A stretch of DNA of 64,000 bases from Rubrivivax sp. (lineage in GTDB: Bacteria; Pseudomonadota; Gammaproteobacteria; Burkholderiales; Burkholderiaceae_C): assembly GCA_027490215.1 (NCBI GenBank), contig JAIXYO010000025.1, positions 7,277 to 71,276 on the forward strand, written 5' to 3'. Shown here piece after piece: positions 19,906 through 28,377 of this stretch (position 1 is its first letter; the number at the start of each line of letters is the position of its first letter). The position numbers and the translations under genes were made by a program. The notes beneath the pieces are model-generated. The model was not told where the DNA came from, did no database searches, and was given only the letters and a program-made list of their open reading frames with translations.

Positions 19906-20916
19906 ATGAGCAAACGAATCAGTCTGACGCAGTACCTGGTTGAGCAGCAACGCCAGCACGGGAACATTCCTGCGCAACTGCGGCTGCTGATCGAGGTGGT
20001 TGCACGTGCCTGCAAACGCATCAGCATCAGCGTCAACAAGGGCGCGCTCGGTGACGTGCTGGGCAGTGCCCACACCGAGAACGTGCAGGGCGAGGTGCAG
20101 AAGAAGCTCGACATCATCGCCAACGAGGTGCTGATCGAGGCCAATGAGTGGGGCGGTCACCTGGCAGCCATGGCCAGCGAGGAAATGGAAGACGTCTACG
20201 TCGTGCCGAACCGCTTCCCCCAGGGCGAGTACCTGCTGCTGTTCGATCCGCTCGACGGCTCCAGCAACATCGATGTGAACGTCAGCATCGGCACCATCTT
20301 CTCGGTGCTCAAGCGCGACGATTCCGGCCGTCCCGTCACCGAAGCCGATTTCCTGCAGCCCGGTCGCCAGCAGGCGGCGGCCGGCTACTGCGTCTACGGG
20401 CCTCAGACCACACTGGTGCTCACGGTCGGCGACGGCGTGGCCATGTTCACGCTCGACCGCGAGCAGGGCTCCTGGGTCCTCACGCAAGACGGCGTGCAGA
20501 TTCCTGAGGACACCCAGGAATTCGCGGTCAACATGAGCAACATGCGCCACTGGGCGCCGCCGATGCGCCGCTACATCGATGAGTGCCTGGCGGGTACCGA
20601 CGGCGTGCGTGGCAAGAACTTCAACATGCGCTGGATCGCCAGCATGGTGGCCGACGTGCACCGCATCCTGACCCGCGGCGGCGTGTTCATCTACCCCTGG
20701 GACCAACGCGAGCCGGGCAAGGCCGGCAAGCTGCGGCTGATGTACGAGGCCAACCCGATGGGCTTCCTGATCGAGCAAGCAGGCGGCGCCGCCACCAACG
20801 GCCTGCAGCCCATCCTCGACATTGCGCCTGACGCGCTGCACCAGCGTGTGAGCGTGATGCTCGGCTCGAAGAACGAAGTCGAGCGGGTGACGCGCTACCA
20901 CCAAGAGGCCGTTTGA
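19906..20916 (+). CDS. fbp: class 1 fructose-1,6-bisphosphatase
   Basis: 336 aa, with [10 protein letters not shown]..., [20 protein letters not shown] and [12 protein letters not shown] motifs. Confidence 0.93.
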   Translation: MSKRISLTQYLVEQQRQHGNIPAQLRLLIEVVARACKRISISVNKGALGDVLGSAHTENVQGEVQKKLDIIANEVLIEANEWGGHLAAMASEEMEDVYVVPNRFPQGEYLLLFDPLDGSSNIDVNVSIGTIFSVLKRDDSGRPVTEADFLQPGRQQAAAGYCVYGPQTTLVLTVGDGVAMFTLDREQGSWVLTQDGVQIPEDTQEFAVNMSNMRHWAPPMRRYIDECLAGTDGVRGKNFNMRWIASMVADVHRILTRGGVFIYPWDQREPGKAGKLRLMYEANPMGFLIEQAGGAATNGLQPILDIAPDALHQRVSVMLGSKNEVERVTRYHQEAV

Positions 20917-20940
20917 AGGCTTTTCCCTGAAAGCGCCCCC

Positions 20941-20955
20941 GCTATACTCGCGGGC
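20941..20955 (+). promoter_or_regulatory. probable tRNA-Thr promoter -10 (TATACT) plus GC-rich discriminator
   Basis: gcTATACTcgcgggc ends 4 nt before the mature tRNA 5' end. The identical 15-mer precedes tRNA-Arg at 42964-42978. Confidence 0.5.
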
Positions 20956-20958
20956 TGC

Positions 20959-21034
20959 GCCGGTGTAGCTCAGTTGGTAGAGCAGCTCATTCGTAATGAG
21001 AAGGTCGAGGGTTCGATTCCTTTCTCCGGCACCA
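20959..21034 (+). tRNA. tRNA-Thr (anticodon CGU)
   Basis: 76 nt, acceptor gccggtg/ctccggc with encoded CCA, anticodon loop ttCGTaa. Close to E. coli thrW from memory. Confidence 0.9.
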
Positions 21035-21050
21035 GTCGAATCAAACGCCA

Positions 21051-21082
21051 AGCCCCGTTCACGAGACGGGGCTTTTTGTTTC
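21051..21082 (+). terminator. rho-independent terminator after tRNA-Thr
   Basis: agccccgt-tcacgag-acggggct followed by ttttgtttc. Confidence 0.75.
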
Positions 21083-21154
21083 TGGCGTGCACTATCCTCA
21101 AGCTTTTGCGGCGCGCGGTTTGGGCTGCGTGGCAATTCTGGAGTCACTCATCCC

Positions 21155-21622
21155 ATGCGCTCTACCGACACCGACGAGCCCGTATCGGGGCACAGGCTGC
21201 CGCTTCTGTACAACATGGTCTACTGCAGCCGCGCTGCTGCGGGCATCGATGACGCCGACGTGAACCGCATTGTCGAATCGGCGCGGCGCTGGAACCCGGT
21301 GTTCGGCATCACCGGCTTGCTGGTGTTCGGCAGCGGCGTCTTCTTCCAGTGGCTGGAAGGTCCGCGCGAGAACGTGCTGCACCTGATGTCGTTGCTGAAG
21401 GCCGATCCACGACACGAAGGCATGGTGCTCCTGAGCGAAAGCGAAGAAGTGCGCGAGCGCCTGTTCCCCGACTGGGACATGGAGCGGGTCACGCCCGACA
21501 GCATTCGCGATGTGCTGGAAGACGCGCTGGACAACGCCGAGGACCCCAAAAACGCCGAGGTGCTGCGCTTGCTGCTGGATCACCTCGATTCCGGCGAGTT
21601 GCGCCAGCTGAGCGCCGCCTGA
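21155..21622 (+). CDS. short BLUF-domain blue-light (FAD) photoreceptor
   Basis: 155 aa. BLUF signature residues are readable: Tyr in LYNMVYCSRA, Gln in GVFFQWLEGP, Trp/Met in FPDWDMERV. A ~45-aa C-terminal helical tail follows. Confidence 0.85.
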   Translation: MRSTDTDEPVSGHRLPLLYNMVYCSRAAAGIDDADVNRIVESARRWNPVFGITGLLVFGSGVFFQWLEGPRENVLHLMSLLKADPRHEGMVLLSESEEVRERLFPDWDMERVTPDSIRDVLEDALDNAEDPKNAEVLRLLLDHLDSGELRQLSAA

Positions 21623-21640
21623 GCGGCTGGCCGGCGAGCC

Positions 21641-22957
21641 TCAGGCGGCGCCCTCTGGCAACGCCGCGCGCTCGCCGCGTGACATGTCCACCTTCGCCAG
21701 CAACAGCAGGCCGCCGACGAAGAACACCGCTGTACAGCCCATCGCCAGGCGCTGGTTGCCGCCGGTCAGCCATGTGATCAGTCCGAAGGTCAACGGTCCG
21801 ACGACGGCAGAAGCTCGGGTGGCGAAGGTCCACAGAGCGAAGAACTCGCCGCGGCGGTCGGCCGGTGTGAACAGGCCTGCCATCGCGCGGCCGGCCGATT
21901 GGCTGGAGCCCATGCACAGGCCGGCAATCAGCGCAGCAATCCAGAACAAGCCCGGCCCGGTCGCCAGCACCGCGAGCACCGTCATCACGAGCCAGCCGAC
22001 CAGCGTGATCGCCAGCGCCAGCCGATGGCCGATGCGGTCCTGCCCGTAGCCAAACGCAAACGCACCCGCCGCCGCAGCGATGTTGACCAGGAAGATCAGC
22101 AGCATGGTGTCGGCCTGCTTGAAGCCGAGCGCCTGCTCGGCATACACCGCCGCCAAGGTGATGACCACCGCGATACCGGCCTGGTAGCAAGCGCCGCAAG
22201 CCAGCAGCCAGCAGAAGTCGCGGTGGCGACGCGCAGTGCGCCAGGTGCCGGCCAGTCGCGCCAGCGAGGCGCCTATGCCGACGCCCGTCGACGCCTCGTC
22301 CACGGTGTTTTGCGGCACCGCCCGCTCACGCAACAGCGCGAAGGTGGCGAGCGACGCCACTGCGTAGACCGTGGCTGTGATGGCCATCGTGACCGGCACG
22401 AACGACGTCGCCGGTTCGCCGCGCTGCTGCGCGGCCAGCACATAGACCAGACTCAGCCCGAGGGTCAGCATGCCGCCCAGGTAGCCGAAGCTCCAGCCCC
22501 AGCCCGACACCCTGCCCAGCGCTTCGGGTCGTGCCAGTTCGGGCAGGAAGGCAGCGGTCAGTGATTCACCGTACGAGAACGCGACGTTCGACACCACGAT
22601 GGCCAGCACCGCCAGCCACAGGTCGCCCGGCCCGGCCCCAACCAGCGCGAGCGTTCCGAGCACGCAGGCCACGGTGCAGCCGACCAGCAAGCGCTTCTTG
22701 TTGGCGCGCAGGTCGGCGTGGGCGCCGACGGCAGGCAACGTGAGCATCACGATCAGGCTCGAAGCCGCAATCGCCAGCGTCCAGGCCAGCGTGCCCCACG
22801 CGGCGCCTTGTGCGACGACGCTGACGAAGTACGCGTTGAACACCGCTGTCAGCACGACGGTGGTGTAGCCCGAGTTGGCGAAGTCGTACATCGCCCAGCC
22901 GAACACCTCGCGCTTGCGCACGCCATCGTTGAGCAGGCGCTGGGAGAACAGGTCCAC
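21641..22957 (-). CDS. MFS transporter (UMF1/Atg22-like family)
   Basis: 438 aa, about 12 TM segments. The N-terminus REVFGWAMYDFANSGYTTVVLTAVFNAYF is typical of the UMF1 family. Confidence 0.8.
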   Translation of the reverse strand: MDLFSQRLLNDGVRKREVFGWAMYDFANSGYTTVVLTAVFNAYFVSVVAQGAAWGTLAWTLAIAASSLIVMLTLPAVGAHADLRANKKRLLVGCTVACVLGTLALVGAGPGDLWLAVLAIVVSNVAFSYGESLTAAFLPELARPEALGRVSGWGWSFGYLGGMLTLGLSLVYVLAAQQRGEPATSFVPVTMAITATVYAVASLATFALLRERAVPQNTVDEASTGVGIGASLARLAGTWRTARRHRDFCWLLACGACYQAGIAVVITLAAVYAEQALGFKQADTMLLIFLVNIAAAAGAFAFGYGQDRIGHRLALAITLVGWLVMTVLAVLATGPGLFWIAALIAGLCMGSSQSAGRAMAGLFTPADRRGEFFALWTFATRASAVVGPLTFGLITWLTGGNQRLAMGCTAVFFVGGLLLLAKVDMSRGERAALPEGAA

Positions 22958-22960
22958 CGA

Positions 22961-24259
22961 TCAGCGGTCGTGATCGCCGGTCGGCGAGAGCGTGGCCAGC
23001 ACCTTGTCGATGCGCTTGCGGTCGAGGTCCACCACCTCGAAGCGCCAGCCTTCCCACTCGACTTTGTCTGTGGTGTTCGGCAGCCGGCCGAGCAGCAGCA
23101 TGATCATGCCGGCCAGCGTGTTGTAGCGGCCGCGGCCTTCTTCGGGCAGGTCTTTCAGCTCCAGCCGGTCTTTCAATTCGGGCACCGGAATCAGCCCGTC
23201 GAACAGCCAGCTGCCATCGTCTCGCTGCACCGCCCAGGCATCGTCGCTCGGTGTGGTGAATTCGCCGGTGATGGCTTCGAGCACATCGCGCACGGTGATC
23301 ATGCCCTGCACCTCGCCGTACTCGTCGACCACGAACACCAGCTGCGCGCTCGACGCGCGGAACTGGTCCAGCAGTTCCATGCCAGAGAGAGTTTCGGGAA
23401 CGAACACCGCTGGCTGCAGGCGCTCGGTGATGTCGAGCCCCGCTCCACCGATGGCCTGCTGCAGCAGGCTTTGCGCCGACACCACGCCAACCACATCGTC
23501 GAGCCCGCCGCGGCACACCGGGTAGCGCGAATGCTCGTCGGCGGCGATCACCTTCAATACCTCCTCAGCCGGCGCCGCAGCTTCCAGCCAGACGATTTCG
23601 CCGCGCGGAATCATCATCGAGCCGACCTGGCGGTCGTCGAGGCGGAACACATTGCGCACCATCTGGTGCTCCTGCGCCTCGATCACGCCGGCGTCCAGCC
23701 CCTCTTCCAGGCTAGCGGCGATTTCCTCTTCGGTCACGCTGCGGCTGGGGCCACCGCGGATGCCCATCAGCTTCAAGGTGCCCTCGGTGCAGAACGACAG
23801 CAGCATCACGAACGGCCGCGTCGCCATCGACAGCCAGTTCATCGGCTGTGCCACCAGCCGGGCCACCGCTTCCGGGTACATCTGGCCCAGGCGCTTGGGC
23901 ACCAGTTCGCCGAAGATGATGGTGAGGAAGGTGATGACCACCACCACCATCGCGGTGGCGGTGATCTCGGCCGCCTGATCGTGCATGGCGAAGGTGTGCT
24001 CGAGCCACAGCGCGAACGGCGCCGAGAACGCGGCATCGCCAACGATGCCGTTGAGCACGCCGATCGAGGTGATGCCGATCTGCACGGTGGACAGGAACTT
24101 CGTCGGGTCGTCGTGCAGCTCCATCGCGGCCTGCGCGCCCGCATCGCCGGTTTCCACCATCACCTGTAGTCGCGCCTTGCGGCTGGCCGTGAGCGCCATC
24201 TCCGACATCGCGAACAGCGCGTTCAACACGATCAAGAAAGTCAGTAAGGCAACGTCCAT
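22961..24259 (-). CDS. CNNM/TlyC-family protein (DUF21-CBS pair-CorC_HlyC)
   Basis: From the ATG at 24259: MDVALLTFLIVLNALFAMSEMALTASRKARLQ (DUF21), then CBS-like repeats and the C-terminal transporter-associated domain (WLFDGLIPVPELKDRLEL...WRFEVVDLDRKRIDKVL). Confidence 0.88.
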   Translation of the reverse strand: MDVALLTFLIVLNALFAMSEMALTASRKARLQVMVETGDAGAQAAMELHDDPTKFLSTVQIGITSIGVLNGIVGDAAFSAPFALWLEHTFAMHDQAAEITATAMVVVVITFLTIIFGELVPKRLGQMYPEAVARLVAQPMNWLSMATRPFVMLLSFCTEGTLKLMGIRGGPSRSVTEEEIAASLEEGLDAGVIEAQEHQMVRNVFRLDDRQVGSMMIPRGEIVWLEAAAPAEEVLKVIAADEHSRYPVCRGGLDDVVGVVSAQSLLQQAIGGAGLDITERLQPAVFVPETLSGMELLDQFRASSAQLVFVVDEYGEVQGMITVRDVLEAITGEFTTPSDDAWAVQRDDGSWLFDGLIPVPELKDRLELKDLPEEGRGRYNTLAGMIMLLLGRLPNTTDKVEWEGWRFEVVDLDRKRIDKVLATLSPTGDHDR

Positions 24260-24306
24260 GCGAGGCGTAAGTGGGGCGAATCGAGCCAGCGTAGCAGAAT
24301 CGTTCG

Positions 24307-25131
24307 ATGGTTTATCTGATTGGCGATGTGCAAGGCTGCTGTGGCGCACTGCAACGGATGCTCGACACCCTGGCTTTTTCGCCCTCGCGCGACCACGTGG
24401 TGATGCTCGGCGATCTGGTCAACCGCGGCCCCGACAGCCTGAGCACGCTGCGCCTGCTGCGCGGGTTGGGCGATGCCGCCACCTGCCTGCTCGGCAACCA
24501 CGACCTGCACTTTCTGGCCGCTGCCCACGGCATCCGCAAGACGCACCGCAGCGACACGCTCGAAGGCCTGCTGAACGCGCCCGACCGCGAGGCCTGGGTC
24601 GACTGGGTGCGCCAGCGCCGCATGGCACTGCATGACCATGGCTGGCTGATGGTGCATGCGGGCGTGCCACCCCAGTGGACGCTGGCCACCACGCTGAAGC
24701 TCGCCGCCGAGGTCGAACAGCAGCTGCGCGGCCCCGACCTGAATGCCTTCCTGGCCGTGATGTACGGCAACCAGCCCGATCGCTGGCGCGATGCACTGCA
24801 AGGCGCCGACCGCCTGCGCTTCGCCATCAACGCGCTCACCCGAACCCGCTTCGTGGCCGCCGACGGCACGCTCGATTTCGCCACCAAGGAAGGCGCCGGC
24901 AAGGCCCCGCCCGGCCTGCTGCCGTGGTTCGAGCACCCGCAACGCCAGACGCAGGGCGTGCCGATGGCCTTCGGCCATTGGTCCACACTGGGTTTGATCC
25001 AGCGGCCCGATCTTCTGGCACTGGATACCGGCTGCATCTGGGGCGGCAAACTGAGTGCCGCGCGCATCGCGCCCGACGGCAGCACCGAGATCATCCAGAT
25101 CGATTGCGAACAGGCTCAGCGGCCGGGTTGA
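24307..25131 (+). CDS. apaH: symmetrical bis(5'-nucleosyl)-tetraphosphatase ApaH
   Basis: MVYLIGDVQGCCGALQRMLD...LGDLVNRGPDSL...LLGNHDLHFL are calcineurin-like phosphoesterase motifs in ApaH order. Confidence 0.92.
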   Translation: MVYLIGDVQGCCGALQRMLDTLAFSPSRDHVVMLGDLVNRGPDSLSTLRLLRGLGDAATCLLGNHDLHFLAAAHGIRKTHRSDTLEGLLNAPDREAWVDWVRQRRMALHDHGWLMVHAGVPPQWTLATTLKLAAEVEQQLRGPDLNAFLAVMYGNQPDRWRDALQGADRLRFAINALTRTRFVAADGTLDFATKEGAGKAPPGLLPWFEHPQRQTQGVPMAFGHWSTLGLIQRPDLLALDTGCIWGGKLSAARIAPDGSTEIIQIDCEQAQRPG

Positions 25132-25164
25132 TCGCCCACCTCACCCCTTCCACCTTCACCAGCC

Positions 25165-25596
25165 ATGAACCTGCAAAGAACCCTCGCCGCGCTCGCCCTG
25201 TGCTTTTGCGCCTTTGCCACCGCAAGCGCCCGCGCTGCCGAAGCCTCGGGCATCAAGGTCGATGTGCTCATGCAATCGACCAGCTCGTGGGACGGCGTGC
25301 CGTATGCGCCCTACCCCGCCGGCCAGCCCGAGCTGACGATGCTGAAGATCACCATCGCGCCGCACACCACCTTGCCGTGGCACACCCACCCCATGCCCAA
25401 CGCGGCCTATGTGCTGTCGGGCGAGCTGACGGTGGAAAAGGCCGAAGGCGGCCTGAAGCGTCAACTGGTGGCAGGCGACGTGCTGCCCGAGACGGTCAAC
25501 TCGACGCACCGCGGCTACACCGGCGAGCAGCCCGTGGTGCTGCTGGTGTTCTACGCCGGTGCCCAGCGCGTGCCGCTGTCGCGACCGGCTGAATGA
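25165..25596 (+). CDS. secreted cupin-domain protein
   Basis: Signal peptide (LAALALCFCAFATASARAAEA). Cupin motif region LPWHTHPMPNAAYVLSGELTV. Confidence 0.7.
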   Translation: MNLQRTLAALALCFCAFATASARAAEASGIKVDVLMQSTSSWDGVPYAPYPAGQPELTMLKITIAPHTTLPWHTHPMPNAAYVLSGELTVEKAEGGLKRQLVAGDVLPETVNSTHRGYTGEQPVVLLVFYAGAQRVPLSRPAE

Positions 25597-25633
25597 CGGC
25601 GCCGGGGCGTCGGCCGACTTGCCAACCCCCACC

Positions 25634-25648
25634 GATACAATTCGCGGC
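25634..25648 (+). promoter_or_regulatory. probable tRNA-Ser promoter -10 (TACAAT) plus GC-rich discriminator
   Basis: gaTACAATtcgcggc, with the same geometry relative to the mature 5' end as the Thr and Arg tRNA promoters. Confidence 0.45.
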
Positions 25649-25652
25649 GTCT

Positions 25653-25742
25653 GGAAGCGTGGCCGAGCGGTTTAAGGCTGCAGTCTTGAAAACTGCCGTG
25701 GGGGTAACCCCACCGTGAGTTCGAATCTCACCGCTTCCGCCA
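25653..25742 (+). tRNA. tRNA-Ser (anticodon UGA)
   Basis: 90 nt with a long variable arm (cgtgggggtaaccccaccg), acceptor ggaagcg/cgcttcc, encoded CCA, anticodon loop ctTGAaa. Confidence 0.9.
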
Positions 25743-25798
25743 GTTCTCCTAGGGCCGACGAGCGGTGTGCCGACATTGCCGATGTCAATGCAGACACG

Positions 25799-27241
25799 CT
25801 AACCCTTGAACTTCATCAACAGGTTCAGCACCTTGGTGGCAAGCTCGCCGTAGGGCGGCTGGAACATCATCTGGATGGCTGAGAACGGGCCCTGGTAGAA
25901 CACCGGGCGCAGCTTCGAGAAGGTGACGAATCCTTCGTGGCCATGGTAGTGGCCCATGCCGCTGCCACCCACGCCGCCAAACGGCAGATCGTGCTGGCCC
26001 ACATGCAGCAGGCCTTCGTTGACCGAGACGCCACCCGACATCACGCGCGTGATGTACAAATCCTGCAGCGCGCGGTCGTGGGTGAAAGGGTAGATCGCGA
26101 GCGGCCGATCGTGCGCGTTGACGTAGCCCACCACCTCGTCGGCGGTGCGGTAGGTCTTGATCGGCAGGATCGGGCCGAAGATCTCGCCCTGCATCACCAG
26201 CATGTCGTCGGTCACGTCGAGCACCAGATGCGGCGCGAACTTGCGCGGCGCAGCGCCGCTCTGGTGGTTGGGCGCCAGGTTGACCAGCGTCGCGCCCTTG
26301 GCGCGCGCATCGTCGAGCATGCCCTGCAGGCGCTGGTGCGACCGCTCGTCGATGATCGATGTGTAGTCGTTGCCGTTCAGATCGGGGTAGCGCTGGGCCA
26401 CCAGGCGCTTCGCATGAGCGGCGAACTCAGCGGTGCGGCCCTCGGGCAGGAACAGGTAGTCGACGCTGGTGCAGATCTGCCCGGCGTTCAGCAGCTTCAG
26501 CCACAGTACCCGCTCGGCCGCCGTCTTGATCGGGAAGTCGGGGCCGATGATGGCCGGCGACTTGCCACCGAGTTCGAGCGTCACCGGTGTCAGGTTGCGC
26601 GCGGCAGAGGCCATCACCGCGCGGCCGGTCTGGCCCGAGCCGGTGAACATCAGGTGGTCGAAGGGCAACGCGCTGAAGGCCGGGCCTCGGCCTCCGCCGT
26701 CCTCGAAGAACATCAGCTTGTCGGCGGGGAAGTAGCGCGGGCTCAGTGACACCAGCAGCCTGACAAGATGGGCCGACTTCTCCGACATCTTGACCATCGC
26801 CCGGTTGCCGGCCGCAAAGATGGCGGTCAGCGGCGCGAACGACAGATTGAGCGGGAAGTTCCACGGCACGATGACGCCCACCACGCCCAGCGGCTGCGGA
26901 ATCAGCCGGTTCCTCGCCAGCGGGAACGTCATCTGGTCGACATGCCGCCGCATCGGCTTCATCCAGCGCTTGAGCTTCTTGCCTGTGTCACGGATGCCCT
27001 CGAGCACGACGAAGACCTCGGTGAACAGCGTCTCGAACTCCGAGCGGTTGCCGTAGTCGCGGTTGATCGCCTCGACGATCGCGGCCTGGTTCTCCTTCAG
27101 CAGACGCGCCAGCGAGTTCAGGTCGGCCAGGCGCTGCGCGTGGCTGGGGCTGGGGTCGGCCAGGTAGGCGGCACGCTGCAGCGCCAGGGTCTGTTCGAAT
27201 TCAGGGGGGATCATGACCTCGGACAGGTCGGACAGATGCAT
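25799..27241 (-). CDS. NAD(P)-dependent aldehyde dehydrogenase (coniferyl-aldehyde DH / ALDH3-like clade)
   Basis: 480 aa, with VIVPWNFP, LELGGKSP, NAGQICTSVDY (catalytic Cys) and EIFGPILPI motifs. Confidence 0.9.
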   Translation of the reverse strand: MHLSDLSEVMIPPEFEQTLALQRAAYLADPSPSHAQRLADLNSLARLLKENQAAIVEAINRDYGNRSEFETLFTEVFVVLEGIRDTGKKLKRWMKPMRRHVDQMTFPLARNRLIPQPLGVVGVIVPWNFPLNLSFAPLTAIFAAGNRAMVKMSEKSAHLVRLLVSLSPRYFPADKLMFFEDGGGRGPAFSALPFDHLMFTGSGQTGRAVMASAARNLTPVTLELGGKSPAIIGPDFPIKTAAERVLWLKLLNAGQICTSVDYLFLPEGRTAEFAAHAKRLVAQRYPDLNGNDYTSIIDERSHQRLQGMLDDARAKGATLVNLAPNHQSGAAPRKFAPHLVLDVTDDMLVMQGEIFGPILPIKTYRTADEVVGYVNAHDRPLAIYPFTHDRALQDLYITRVMSGGVSVNEGLLHVGQHDLPFGGVGGSGMGHYHGHEGFVTFSKLRPVFYQGPFSAIQMMFQPPYGELATKVLNLLMKFKG

Positions 27242-27331
27242 GGTGCGGGCTCCGGTCGACTGGAGCGGTCAGCAAGAGGCCGACGGCTGCGCACGATTCT
27301 GGGGCCGAAACCCGCTAGTGCGGCGGCAGGC

Positions 27332-28102
27332 TCAGCGCATCCAGCGTCCTGCGGCGTCCAGCAGCCCCTGACGCACCTGCTGCTGGCGCGCCGGGTCGGT
27401 TTCGCCGCACGCAAGGCGACACATCCAGTCGGTGGGCGACTCGAAGTCGCAGTGCGACGCGCCCGCGATCAGTTCGTCGCGCCACAGCGTCGGCAGCGCG
27501 CTGCCCCAGGGTGCTGCCACGGCTTCGGCGTTGCAGCGTGACGGCGGCGCGCGCAGCAGCAGCGCCTCGGTACGCAGCCGGCCGGCCGCCGACAGGCCCA
27601 ACCTCTCAGACTCACCAGACATCGTCCGATCGAACGGGTCGAGGCCGACGAATCCGACCACGCCTGGCGTGTCCGCTGCCAGCAAGCTGGACAAACCTCC
27701 GGCGGAAAAGCCCACGAGCATGACCCGCTCCACGGGGGCGCCGAAGGTCCCGCCGGCACGCAGCAAACCCACCAGCGCGGCGAGAGCCCGGGCGTTGCAG
27801 CGGAAGTCGAAGGTGCAGGGCAGGTCCGGCGTCAGCGCCAGCACGCCGACATCGGCCAGCGCCTGCGCATGGCCCGCCAGCGTGCCCCGGCTGCGCGTGA
27901 AGCCGTGGGAGAGGATGGCAGCCCCGCGCGGCAGGCCAGCGGCCGGGTACACGTCCAGCGTCACGCGGTGGCCGTCGAGCGCATGCACCTGCGTCTGCAC
28001 AGCCTGCGGCGCTGCAGGCCCCGTGGCGGCCGCCATCGCGACCATGGCCGCACCCAGCAGCGCGGTGCAAGCCTGGCGGGCGTGGCGAATCAGCGTTTCC
28101 AT
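27332..28102 (-). CDS. secreted alpha/beta-hydrolase
   Basis: Signal peptide, ILSHGF (oxyanion region) and the nucleophile elbow GFSAGG. Confidence 0.7.
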   Translation of the reverse strand: METLIRHARQACTALLGAAMVAMAAATGPAAPQAVQTQVHALDGHRVTLDVYPAAGLPRGAAILSHGFTRSRGTLAGHAQALADVGVLALTPDLPCTFDFRCNARALAALVGLLRAGGTFGAPVERVMLVGFSAGGLSSLLAADTPGVVGFVGLDPFDRTMSGESERLGLSAAGRLRTEALLLRAPPSRCNAEAVAAPWGSALPTLWRDELIAGASHCDFESPTDWMCRLACGETDPARQQQVRQGLLDAAGRWMR

Positions 28103-28377
28103 TCGCGCATTGTCGGCCGCTGCGTGCTGGCGGACGACCCGCGCCCAGGGGTCACCGAGCTGGCGCGCCTTGGCGCGATGCTGAGGGACGAGTCGCCAGC
28201 GCCAACCACTGAAGATACGGCGAGCAGCCGGGATGCTGCACCCGGCCCAGCGGGTTAATCCGCCCCCCCCGACCCAGGGGATCGCCTGGACTGGCTTGAG
28301 AAATTAAAGTCTCAGCTCTGAGATCCCCACTGGATTCGTCAGTTGTCTCTCACCCACTTTTCACAGGCGTTTTTCCA

